Below are positions 49,350 to 58,405 of a stretch of DNA of 64,000 bases, piece after piece. The notes beneath the pieces are model-generated. The model did not search any database, was not told the origin of the DNA, and was given only the letters and a program-made list of their open reading frames with translations. Where the stretch lies: assembly GCA_021811585.1 (NCBI GenBank), contig JAJZOG010000007.1:57459-121458 (forward strand). The letters are read 5' to 3'. Origin of the DNA: a bacterium (lineage in GTDB: Bacteria > Patescibacteriota > Doudnabacteria > UBA920 > VMFF01). The position numbers and the translations under genes are program-made. Numbering within the stretch: position 1 is the first letter of the stretch; every line of letters begins with the position of its first letter.

Positions 49350-51234
49350 TTTCAGCTGCGAATTTTTTCAATCCCCAGGCGCCCAAATCCGTGCCGCGCC
49401 TGCGTAGCGCCAATTTTTTTGCCTTTGCTTCTTTTTCGCCAAGCACAATCATATACGGAATTTTTTGCATCTCGGCTTCGCGGATTTTTTTGCCAATAGA
49501 CTCGTCGCGAATATCGCTTTCAACTCGCAGCGCCGGCAAAATTTCTTTCAATTCTTTTTCAACGGCCTTGGCATATTTATTTTGCTTTTTTGATATCGGC
49601 AAGATCACCGCCTGCACAGGCGAAAGCCATAGCGGAAACGCGCCGCCGTAATGCTCGATTAAAAACGCAATAAATCTTTCATGCGAACCCAAGGGTGCTC
49701 TATGAATTACGAACAATGGTTTTGCCTGCCCATCTTTGTCCGTATATGTCAGATCAAATCGTTCCGTAGCCAAAAAATCTAACTGATTTGTTGATGCTGT
49801 TTCTTCTTTACCAACAATGCTTTTAATTTGGAAATCAACTTTAGGGCCATAAAATGCCGCTTCACCCTCAGCTTCGGTATAAGGAAGTTTGGAACGTTTC
49901 ATAGCTCTGCGGACAATCTCGACAGATTTTTTCCAGCCCGCAGGTATATCTACGTATTTAGTTTTGTCCGGGGCGGGAAGAGAAAGGCGCATATAAAAAT
50001 CTTTTATGCCGAAAACTTTTTTATACCAGAATTCATGCAATTTCATAACCTTAAGAAATTCTTCTTCCGCTTGTTCTTCGGTGCAATAAATATGCGCGTC
50101 ATTTTGGGTAAAACCGCGAACTCGAAGCAATCCCGTTAATGTACCGGATAATTCATATCGATAGACTGTGCCGTATTCGGCGAACCTTAAAGGTAAATCG
50201 CGATAGCTGTGCTTTTGCGCGCGGTAAATCATGTGAGTGTGCGGGCAATTCATGGCTTTTAAATAATAATTGCCGTCATCCAGTTTCATTGGCGGGTACA
50301 TACTGTCAGCATAATACGGAATGTGCCCGGACATTTTGTATAATTCTTCTTTAGCTATATGCGGAGTGGATATCCGTTGATATCCCCATTCTTTTTCTAT
50401 TTGTTTTGCATATTTTTCTATCTCATCCCGAATAATTGTACCTTTTGGCAACCACAATGGCAGTCCTGGGCCAACTTCTTCCGCGAAAGTAAAGAGTTGA
50501 AGTTTTTCGCCAAGCACGCGATGGTCACGTTTTTTTGCTTCCTCGATTTGGAATAAATATTGTTCCAACTCTTTTTTGCTTTCAAAAGCCAGCCCGTAAA
50601 TTCTTTGCATCTGCGGATTTTTTTGATCGCCGCGCCAATACGCGCCCGAAACTTTTTCCAACTTAAAGCTGTCCGGCGCGATTTCCGAAGTATTTTTCAC
50701 ATGCCCGCCGCGGCAGAGATCGCTGAATTTTCCGGTGTGGTAGATACTTACAGTTTGCGTAACATTTGCCGCGGGTTTTGCAGATGCAGATTCGCCCAGA
50801 ATATCTTTAAAGACGGTGGTGCCGTATTTTTGTATATCATTAACCAGTTCTACTTTAAAGGATTGATTTTTTTGTTGAAAGTATTTTTTGGCGTTGTCAA
50901 AAGACATTTCTTCACGTTTGAATTCCAATTTTTGACGGGCAAGTTCGCGCATGCGTTTTTCCAGTTTTTGCAAATCTTGCGGCGTAAGCGCGCGCGGAAG
51001 CAGGAAATCATAATAAAATCCGTTTTCAATTACAGGCCCAACGCCAAGCTGGGCTTTTGGAAACATTTCCACAACCGCGCTTGCCAAAAGATGCGCCAGT
51101 GAGTGGCGAAGGTTGTGGAGTTTTTCAGGATTAAATTTTTTGGATGAAGATTTGGACAGGGAGTTTGATGAGGAGTTTGAAGGGGATTTTGATGGGAATT
51201 TCGATGAGAGTTTGGAAGATTTTTTTGCCGGCAT
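49321..51234 (-). CDS. thrS: Threonine-tRNA ligase (no TGS domain; Ser/Lys-rich repetitive N-terminus)
   Basis: RHSLAH, DLCRGGH, GAYWRG, KRDHR, MNCP, FYGPK, IHRAPLGS. Confidence 0.97.
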   Translation of the reverse strand: MPAKKSSKLSSKFPSKSPSNSSSNSLSKSSSKKFNPEKLHNLRHSLAHLLASAVVEMFPKAQLGVGPVIENGFYYDFLLPRALTPQDLQKLEKRMRELARQKLEFKREEMSFDNAKKYFQQKNQSFKVELVNDIQKYGTTVFKDILGESASAKPAANVTQTVSIYHTGKFSDLCRGGHVKNTSEIAPDSFKLEKVSGAYWRGDQKNPQMQRIYGLAFESKKELEQYLFQIEEAKKRDHRVLGEKLQLFTFAEEVGPGLPLWLPKGTIIRDEIEKYAKQIEKEWGYQRISTPHIAKEELYKMSGHIPYYADSMYPPMKLDDGNYYLKAMNCPHTHMIYRAQKHSYRDLPLRFAEYGTVYRYELSGTLTGLLRVRGFTQNDAHIYCTEEQAEEEFLKVMKLHEFWYKKVFGIKDFYMRLSLPAPDKTKYVDIPAGWKKSVEIVRRAMKRSKLPYTEAEGEAAFYGPKVDFQIKSIVGKEETASTNQLDFLATERFDLTYTDKDGQAKPLFVIHRAPLGSHERFIAFLIEHYGGAFPLWLSPVQAVILPISKKQNKYAKAVEKELKEILPALRVESDIRDESIGKKIREAEMQKIPYMIVLGEKEAKAKKLALRRRGTDLGAWGLKKFAAEIDEEIKKRK

Positions 51235-51303
51235 AATTTTATTAAATTTAATAATTTTTTAATTTTCGCTGGTTTCAGCTGTTTGGCGGGTTTCAGCTGT
51301 TTA

Positions 51304-51482
51304 AATGATAAAACCCCAAGGTCTTAGAACAGCGCGCTGCTATTCAAAAACTTTGGGGTTCAATTTAAGGCACGCATTGATTCGCGCCTTTTGAACGGTT
51401 CCACCCAAACACTCTTTTAATTGTTTAAAGCTCGCCGGTTGGTAGCCGGGTCAACGCTTCAAGGGCTGGTACTTCAAGGGCT
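51304..51482 (-). ncRNA. T-box riboswitch leader of thrS (ultrashort Stem I, ACC specifier, antiterminator/terminator)
   Basis: Stem I 51428-51459; specifier ACC at 51441-43; antiterminator TTTGGG-TGGAACC-GTTCAA...TTGAAC-CCCAAA (51352-51409); overlapping terminator AACCCCAAAG...CCTTGGGGTT-TTAT. Confidence 0.88.
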
Positions 51483-51488
51483 GGTAGA

Positions 51489-51517
51489 AGTATAACACCA
51501 GGTGCCCTCTTTGACAA
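51489..51517 (-). promoter_or_regulatory. sigma70 promoter of the T-box-thrS unit
   Basis: TTGTCA-N17-TATACT with an extended -10 TG. Confidence 0.75.
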
Positions 51518-51539
51518 ATATGGAGAAATTATGTATTAT
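51511..51539 (+). promoter_or_regulatory. Divergent sigma70 promoter for the 51595 gene
   Basis: TTGACA-N17-TATTAT. Confidence 0.7.
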
Positions 51540-51594
51540 TCGTTTTCTGGCGCAAGCCGGATGTAGTTGAAATCTACAATAGGAGGAGAGAAAA

Positions 51595-52194
51595 ATGCAA
51601 TTGCCGTTTGTTCTTGCGACTGGGGGGATGCCGATAACTCCTGGGACGCAAACTCCAGGGACGCAAGCAACTCCTGGCTTGCTTTCTGCGAGGCATCAGG
51701 GAAGAGGGAAGGTGTTTGTTCCTCGCCCCGCAGAAAAAACCGGGCTAATTCCGGACGGGATGTCGCTTTTGAGCGACTGTCCGGAAGACGTAATATATTC
51801 CGACACGCCCGTGCGGTTTCAGACCGTAATGAGCGCGTACGTCGGAAAATATAGGTTGGATGCCAAGGACGGGGAACACGTCCCTGGTGTCCAAGCATTA
51901 GAGCTTGCTGCTTCCCTGAACTCCTACGGGAGCTTGGGCTTTGGCGAGCTCGTGACTAGCGGGAAAATAAGTTTACCCGCTGTCCATCCGGATGGAAGCA
52001 TTTTTTATGGCCCGATTTTGCTGTGGCGCACGCGCGTGCGTGTGTCCCACAGCTTATTGTCGGGCGAGGGCGTATTATGTCTATATAAGCAGCGGCAAAG
52101 CCGCCGCTGGGTAGTGGATTACCTTCATGTCGAGGGCGGGTTCTGTTTGAGCACCCTGGTGGTGCCTGAACAAGAACAACCGCCAGCCGCATAA
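51595..52194 (+). CDS. Hypothetical protein
   Basis: AGGAGG RBS upstream and terminator downstream; TPGTQ repeats near the N-terminus. Confidence 0.65.
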   Translation: MQLPFVLATGGMPITPGTQTPGTQATPGLLSARHQGRGKVFVPRPAEKTGLIPDGMSLLSDCPEDVIYSDTPVRFQTVMSAYVGKYRLDAKDGEHVPGVQALELAASLNSYGSLGFGELVTSGKISLPAVHPDGSIFYGPILLWRTRVRVSHSLLSGEGVLCLYKQRQSRRWVVDYLHVEGGFCLSTLVVPEQEQPPAA

Positions 52195-52218
52195 GTTGCG
52201 GCGCCAATAGCTTTAAAT

Positions 52219-52270
52219 ACCGCGAGCATCTGCTACAGTACAGCAGGTGCCGCGGTTTTCTTTTTATTTT
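52219..52270 (+). terminator. Probable intrinsic terminator
   Basis: ACCGCG-A-GCATCTGCT / AGCAGGTGC-CGCGGT stem followed by a T-rich tail. Confidence 0.65.
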
Positions 52271-52312
52271 TTTAGTGTTATATTTTTAATGAAAATTAAT
52301 AAAATTTGAATT

Positions 52313-53461
52313 ATGGGAAATCATATGGGAAATCATAAGGTTTCCGGCGAGGCCAGGCGCTCGGCCGGTACAATGGAAATTGTCAGTTCGGATGAGTTGC
52401 GGAAGAGAACAAGTGCGCTGTTCAACAGGGATTTAAATGCGCAGGAAATAGAATCTTTGGATCATATTAAAATGGGCCGCCATGAATTTGAAGCGGTTTT
52501 TGAGCAAATAAAAAATGCTTTGAGAAGGTATAAAACAGCAAAAGAAGTTTTGGATGCGAATCGCCTGGAATTGCAAGATAGCATCAAAACCGCAAGCACG
52601 GGCGCGGCGCGGCCGCCTGCCAATATGACGTTAATAGAATCCATAAGGCAGAGGAAAGCAGAGGCGGAGCGCGTCAAGGAAGTTGAAAAGGATATTTTGG
52701 AAGCTAAACGCCTTGAGGGTGAAATAAAATTCATGATGGTGCTTGAATCGTTGCAGAAACAAAATACGCAAAATATAGAAACGAAAATTTTATCCATGCA
52801 GTCGGAATTGATTTTCAAGGAGTATTTTGAAGAATGGTATGAGGACCGGCTCACCGTAGAAATTGCCACGGAATATGACGATTATAAAAACCACGTTGAT
52901 GAGATAATAGAAATTGAAAAAGACGCGGAAATTTTGGGCGCCGGAGTTGATGTAACCTTGAGCACGAATGAAAGTTTGGGCAAAAAGCTGGCGCGCGTCA
53001 AGCGTAAAATAGAAAGCGGAGAACTGGGCGAGATAAAATATAATTGGTCTTTTAAAACCGGAAAGTGGTCAAAAGTAAATAACATACCGAACGTGGTTAT
53101 TGCTTTGGATGTTGCAACCGTAAAGAATTTGTGGTATTTGCATGAAAACCTCGGCAGTTATGAAAATCCCGAGAAGTTGCCCGAAGATCAGAAGGAAAAA
53201 TATAAAAGCGATTTAAAAAAATTGAGAACGCATATTGCTCGCGCACTGGTTGTCGAACAGCTCAGGTATCAATTAAAAGTTTACAGCAATTTTGCGCGTT
53301 CCGTGGGAAATCAAAAATTGGCAGAGAGGTTCGGTGCTATTGCCGAGAAATTTGCGGACATTTCGGAATGGACGGGCAAGCAAATCGAAAATGCCGATGT
53401 AAAAACGCACCAGTCGATTGCGGAGTTTAAGGCGCAAATGGGAAACGTGTTTGGGGTATAG
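52313..53461 (+). CDS. Hypothetical charged/coiled-coil protein
   Basis: 382-aa ORF; ATEYDDYKNHVD ... VDVT pattern is weakly PD-(D/E)XK-like. Confidence 0.65.
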   Translation: MGNHMGNHKVSGEARRSAGTMEIVSSDELRKRTSALFNRDLNAQEIESLDHIKMGRHEFEAVFEQIKNALRRYKTAKEVLDANRLELQDSIKTASTGAARPPANMTLIESIRQRKAEAERVKEVEKDILEAKRLEGEIKFMMVLESLQKQNTQNIETKILSMQSELIFKEYFEEWYEDRLTVEIATEYDDYKNHVDEIIEIEKDAEILGAGVDVTLSTNESLGKKLARVKRKIESGELGEIKYNWSFKTGKWSKVNNIPNVVIALDVATVKNLWYLHENLGSYENPEKLPEDQKEKYKSDLKKLRTHIARALVVEQLRYQLKVYSNFARSVGNQKLAERFGAIAEKFADISEWTGKQIENADVKTHQSIAEFKAQMGNVFGV

Positions 53462-53523
53462 GGATTAATTTTTGGGGTATAAAGATTAAATTTTGCTGCG
53501 GCCCAAGCTTTGCCGGAAAACGG

Positions 53524-56500
53524 CTACAGTTTTTGCACCCAGACCCTCCGGACTTCTTTTATGAGCCGCAGTTCTTTGACAAGGTCGTCGGAAAAGGCGA
53601 CTTTTGTTTTTGTTTTCAAAATTTTTCCCGAGCTCATCCCGGAATTTATCCGCGAATTTATTCCCGATTTTTTTGAATCCGTCCCGGAATCGGAATTTCC
53701 CGGATTCCCAGAATTTATTTTCAAATTTATTCCCGGCGCCGACCCCGGCTCAGAATGTCCTGTCCCGATTTCCAAATGCACCTGCGCATTTCCCGGATAT
53801 TTTTGTAAAATTTTCTTGATTGTTTCCAAAGCCACCGCGCTGACCTTATCCGGCACATTTATCACAACAGCGCTGTTATTTTCAAAATCCTTAATACTTT
53901 CTTCGTAAATAAGATCGTTGGGGAGGTCAGCGGCGTCTTCGACTATCAATTTGTATTCGCCGTCTTTATCCGAAAGCCGGCCGGTGAGTTGCAGGATTTT
54001 CTCTTCTTCAAGGCTGATTTTGATTTTTGCGAGGGCCGAGGGGAAAATAATCGCCTCGATCGCGCCGGTCTGGTCTTCCAAATTCACAAAAAGCATGGGC
54101 TCTGATTTTTTGGTCAAGCTTTTTTTCATTTTGGAGATAATGCCGCCCAGGGACACGGTGGCTCCGATTATTTCTTCGCTTAATGAGCCGATGGGCGCTA
54201 GCGTGGAAAGCACTTTTTTGAAATTTTCCAGCGGGTGGGAAGAAACGTAGAGGCCCAAAAGTTCTTTTTCCCAGACAAGTTTTTCGTCTTTGCCCGCAGG
54301 CGGCGCTTCTTTCAGTTTCATGTCGAATTGCTGGGCGCTTTGCGTTCCGAACAAGCTCTCCTGGCCGGCTTGCCGCGATTTTATTTGTTCGCGAGCGAAG
54401 TCCAAGACGGCTTCGGTATTGGCGAGCAGCATATTCCGTTCGCCAAAACCGTCCATTGCGCCGCATTTTACCAGCGCCTCCCAGGACTTTTTATTCATGT
54501 TTTTAACGTTGACGCGAAGCACGAAATCTTTCAGGGATTTGAAAGGCCCGTTTATTTTCCGCTCTTCTTTTATTTTTGCAACAACATCAGAGCCGAGATT
54601 TTTAATAGCGCCCAGGCCGAAGCGGATATTGTGCTCGTCTATGACAGTGAAATTTTTGAGAGATTCGTTAACGTCCGGAGGCAAAACGTTAATTCCCATT
54701 TTTTTGCATTCCTCGACCGCGGCGTAAATTTTTGCGGCATCTCCGCTTTCGGCTGTCATAACCGCGGCCATGAATTCCACCGTGTAATTGGCTTTCATAT
54801 AAGCGGTTTGGTATGAGACCGAAGCATAAGATGCGCTATGCGCCTTGTTAAAGCCATAGGCCGCGAACGGCTCTATCCAGGCCCAAATTTCTTCGGCTTT
54901 GTTGGCGCTGAATTTGGAATGGCTTATGCACCCGTCAATGAATTTAAGTTTTTGCTTGGCCATTTCCGCGGGAATTTTTTTGCCCACTGCTTTCCTGAAT
55001 TTGTCCACTTCTTCCCATGTGTAGCCGGCAATATCGTGCGCAATTGCCAGCAAATCATCCTGATAAACCAAAACTCCGTAAGAGCGGTGCAGAATATTTT
55101 CCAGCGAAGGGTCGAGATACGAAACCAGCCGCGGGTTATGCGCGCGCTCTATATATAGAGGGATGAATTGGAGCGGGCCGGGGCGGTACAAGGCAATCAT
55201 GGCGGCAAGATCGAAAATATTTTTTGGCCTCAGCTCTTTCAAATATCGGGTCATGCCAGAAGAACCCAGTTGGAAGACGCCGAAGGTGTGGCCTTCCGAA
55301 AGCATTGCGAAGGTTTTTTTGTCAGGGTGCGGCAGGTTGTAAATGTCTATTTTCGCATTATGCCTCGCTTCCACGATTTTGATCGCTTCTTCCAAAATGG
55401 AGAGATTGCGGATGCCCAGCAAATCTATTTTTACAACGCCTATGGCTTTAATGTTGGCATTGCTGTCCAAGCTGTACATGTCGTATTGCGTGATGATTTT
55501 TTCTCCGTCCGGTTCTTTTTGGATCGGGCAGTAGTCCGTGATTTCCGTCGGGGTAATAACGATGCCCGCGGCATGAACCGAGGCATGGCGCTTGTTGCCC
55601 TCGATGCGCTTGGCAATATCAATGATGCGTTTTGTATCCGCGTCTTTTTTATAAATTTCCGCTAATTCGGGAGCGATTTCCAATGCATGGTCAATGGTCA
55701 TTTCAAAGCCCTGCTTGCCAAGCGGAATCATCTTGGCGATTCGGTCGCACTTGGAATAGGGAACTCCCAAAGCGCGCCCGACATCGCGCACCGCCGCGCG
55801 CGCCTGCATGGTGCCGAACGTGATGATCTGCGCAACTTTTTCCTTGCCGTATTTCCGCGTTACATATTCGATGACATCGTCGCGGCGCAGGTCGGCAATA
55901 TCCAAATCAATATCAGGCGGAGTGGGGCGGTGCATGGTTAGGAATCTCTCAAAAGGAAGTTCGAAATACAGCGGGTCAATATTGGTAATGCCTGTAACAT
56001 AGCCAACCATGGAGCCGGCGGCAGATCCTCTGGTGTTGGTGATGACATTCATTTCTTTTGCGGCATTGACAATGTCGGCAAGCACCAAAAAATAAGTTGC
56101 AAAGCCTTTGTTATTGATAATTTCCAGTTCGTAAGCCAGCCGCTTTTTTATGGTTTCGGGCAAATCGCCGCGCGGATCTTTTTCGCCGTCTTTTTCGCCG
56201 TAGAATTTTTTAGCTTTTTCAAAAGAAATTTCCGTAAGGTATTCTTCGGGCGATTGCCCTTGAGGAGTGGGGAAGACAGGGAAGTATCTTTGGTTGGTGG
56301 GGATTTCGAGGTTGCATTTATCCGAAATTATTTGCGTGTTGGCAAGAGCTTCAGGCATATCGGAAAAAAGTTCTTGCATTTCTTGCGCGCTTTTTAGCGA
56401 AAGGTTGGCGCTGGTCATATTCAGGCGGTCCTGGTCGTTTATTGTTTTTCCCGTGCTGATGCACACTAAAATATCTTGCGCAGAGGCGTCTTCCGCGTTT

Positions 56501-57144
56501 AAGTAATGGGAATCCGCCGTGGCCACAAGTTTTAAACCGTATTCGCCGGCGTATTTTTTCAGTGATTGGATTACTTTTTCGTTTTCGCGCGAGAAAGTGT
56601 CGGCAGTGTCGCGCTGGTTGCGCTGAATTTCCAGATAGAAATTCTCTTTGCCGAAAATATCCATGTATTCCTGCAGCGCTTTGCGCGCCTGGCTGTCGGA
56701 ATTTTTTACGCTCCTGTAAATTTCTCCGCCAGGACATCCCGAGAGCGCGATTATTCCCTTACCATATTTCTTGAGAAGAGATTTGTCGATGCGCGGCTTG
56801 TAATAAAAGCCATCCAGGTGAGCGATGGACGCCAGGCGCATTAAATTTTTATAGCCCTCGTAATTTTGCGCCAGCAAAGTGAGATGGAAATAATCATCGT
56901 CAATTTTCGCTTGCTTGTCCAAAAGGGAACGCACGGCAACATATGCTTCAAAGCCGATTATTGGCTTTATGCCGGCGTCTTTGCACGTATTGTAAAATTC
57001 TATGGCCCCATACATGGCGCCGTGATCAGTGATTGCCAGCGCTTCAAACCCAAGTTCTTTCGCGCGCTTTACAAGTTCCTCGATTTTAGAAAGCCCGTCG
57101 AGTAAGGAAAAATGCGTGTGAACATGCAGGTGCGTGAATTTCAT
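53524..57144 (-). CDS. dnaE: DNA polymerase III alpha subunit
   Basis: PHP domain HLHVHT..SLLDG, RGSAAGS, PDIDLD, YGFNKAHS, C-terminal OB fold. Confidence 0.97.
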   Translation of the reverse strand: MKFTHLHVHTHFSLLDGLSKIEELVKRAKELGFEALAITDHGAMYGAIEFYNTCKDAGIKPIIGFEAYVAVRSLLDKQAKIDDDYFHLTLLAQNYEGYKNLMRLASIAHLDGFYYKPRIDKSLLKKYGKGIIALSGCPGGEIYRSVKNSDSQARKALQEYMDIFGKENFYLEIQRNQRDTADTFSRENEKVIQSLKKYAGEYGLKLVATADSHYLNAEDASAQDILVCISTGKTINDQDRLNMTSANLSLKSAQEMQELFSDMPEALANTQIISDKCNLEIPTNQRYFPVFPTPQGQSPEEYLTEISFEKAKKFYGEKDGEKDPRGDLPETIKKRLAYELEIINNKGFATYFLVLADIVNAAKEMNVITNTRGSAAGSMVGYVTGITNIDPLYFELPFERFLTMHRPTPPDIDLDIADLRRDDVIEYVTRKYGKEKVAQIITFGTMQARAAVRDVGRALGVPYSKCDRIAKMIPLGKQGFEMTIDHALEIAPELAEIYKKDADTKRIIDIAKRIEGNKRHASVHAAGIVITPTEITDYCPIQKEPDGEKIITQYDMYSLDSNANIKAIGVVKIDLLGIRNLSILEEAIKIVEARHNAKIDIYNLPHPDKKTFAMLSEGHTFGVFQLGSSGMTRYLKELRPKNIFDLAAMIALYRPGPLQFIPLYIERAHNPRLVSYLDPSLENILHRSYGVLVYQDDLLAIAHDIAGYTWEEVDKFRKAVGKKIPAEMAKQKLKFIDGCISHSKFSANKAEEIWAWIEPFAAYGFNKAHSASYASVSYQTAYMKANYTVEFMAAVMTAESGDAAKIYAAVEECKKMGINVLPPDVNESLKNFTVIDEHNIRFGLGAIKNLGSDVVAKIKEERKINGPFKSLKDFVLRVNVKNMNKKSWEALVKCGAMDGFGERNMLLANTEAVLDFAREQIKSRQAGQESLFGTQSAQQFDMKLKEAPPAGKDEKLVWEKELLGLYVSSHPLENFKKVLSTLAPIGSLSEEIIGATVSLGGIISKMKKSLTKKSEPMLFVNLEDQTGAIEAIIFPSALAKIKISLEEEKILQLTGRLSDKDGEYKLIVEDAADLPNDLIYEESIKDFENNSAVVINVPDKVSAVALETIKKILQKYPGNAQVHLEIGTGHSEPGSAPGINLKINSGNPGNSDSGTDSKKSGINSRINSGMSSGKILKTKTKVAFSDDLVKELRLIKEVRRVWVQKL

Positions 57145-57161
57145 GGGTATATTATAGCATG

Positions 57162-57339
57162 GGGTCCAACCCAAACCCCCAACCTAAACCCCTGATCCAA
57201 ACCCCCAATCTAAAACCCTAACCTAAAAAATAATGCACTTTTAAAGGACTTTTTCTTAACTTCTTCTTAATTACTTAATAAAAAACCCTGGATTAGGGTT
57301 TTAGATTGGGGTATTAGGTTGGGGGTTTGGGTTGGACCC
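57162..57339. repeat. Long inverted repeat built from C-run/G-run subunits (MITE-like)
   Basis: 26-bp perfect IR (57162-57187 / 57314-57339) and inner 19-bp IR (57203-57221 / 57293-57311) around an AT-rich core. Confidence 0.88.
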
Positions 57340-57361
57340 GCGTTGATGTTATAATATCTTC

Positions 57362-58192
57362 ATGGACGACCTTGAAATTGAGAAACAAAAAGCTGAACTT
57401 CAGGTGCAAGAGGCGGAATATAAAGCCTTTTCATTTTTCAAAGGATTTAACCGCGCTCTTTTATATTGGACATTAATTCTCCTTATTTTATCAATACCCA
57501 TTTATTTTACGTTTAAATTTTCGGTGGCCGCGCTTTATATGCGAAATTTTCGAAAGCGCGAAATCACCGCCCACCCTGCGAGCGTGGAGGCCTCAAACCT
57601 ACCCATCAACATCGTCAAATCGAAAATCCTCCCAATTTCCGGCGACCGGTACTCGGCTTATGCCATTCTGGACAATCCATATTCGCAATTGTCGGCGGAC
57701 AAAATTAATTATAGTTTCTATTTTATCGGCAGTTCCGGCCAAGATATCGACACTGAAAGCGGCCAAACTTTTTTATTGGCAGGCCAAAGGAACAAGCTGA
57801 TAATTATTCCGGATGTGGCTCTTCGCACGCCGCCCTCGTCTCTTAGAGTTGAAATTTCCAAGCCGGATTGGAAATATAAATTAAACCTTCCGGACGTAAT
57901 TTTAGACGCCGCCGCGCCAACTTATGGCGACCAGCAAAATCCGAACGGTTTTTCGGTTTCCGGGACCGTGAAAAACGCAACCGCCTATAATCTTGGCTCG
58001 GTTGTCGTTAAAGCTGCCGTATATGATGCCTCCGGCAAGATCATCGCTGTGACGCAAAGCATTCTTGGAAAAATGTCGGCGCACCAAACCCAAACCTACA
58101 CGCTTTATTGGCCAATTTTTTTGCAGGCAAAAGTCCAACGAGTTCAAATTATTCCGGAGACGGATATCTTGGATCCTCAGAATGTCCGGTGA
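57362..58192 (+). CDS. Membrane-anchored hypothetical protein with FxLYD-like Ig domains
   Basis: N-terminal TM; VSGTVKN and AAVYDASGKIIAV patterns. Confidence 0.7.
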   Translation: MDDLEIEKQKAELQVQEAEYKAFSFFKGFNRALLYWTLILLILSIPIYFTFKFSVAALYMRNFRKREITAHPASVEASNLPINIVKSKILPISGDRYSAYAILDNPYSQLSADKINYSFYFIGSSGQDIDTESGQTFLLAGQRNKLIIIPDVALRTPPSSLRVEISKPDWKYKLNLPDVILDAAAPTYGDQQNPNGFSVSGTVKNATAYNLGSVVVKAAVYDASGKIIAVTQSILGKMSAHQTQTYTLYWPIFLQAKVQRVQIIPETDILDPQNVR

Positions 58193-58223
58193 TTTTCGAA
58201 GCCCCATTTCTGAAATATTAATT

Positions 58224-58340
58224 TTTGAAACCCCTGTTTGCGAAGTGTGCCAACTCCTCCGTGTTTGTGAAGTGTTTGAAAACCCCTGTTTATGAAGTGT
58301 GCCAACCCTTGTTTGTGAAGTGTTAAAAATCCCTGTTTGC
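58224..58340. repeat. Imperfect tandem array of ~23-29 bp units (CCCTGTTTGTGAAGTGT core) upstream of rodA
   Basis: Four TGTTTRYGAAGTGT units plus a partial fifth, with alternating GCCAA and TTGAAAA-type linkers. Confidence 0.85.
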
Positions 58341-58405
58341 CAGACGTCCGAAAGCTTGCGAAGCGCGAGAAACGTTCGTTTGCCAAACGTGCAAAACCCT
58401 CAAAA

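Noticed and set aside
53524-57144. Intein in DnaE (or in PcrA/RecG)
   Set aside because: The inserts are short and low-complexity, without C/S...HN splice motifs.
58224-58340. Possible CRISPR array
   Set aside because: Linkers are only ~5-12 bp and are themselves repeated, the repeats are degenerate, and no cas genes are present.
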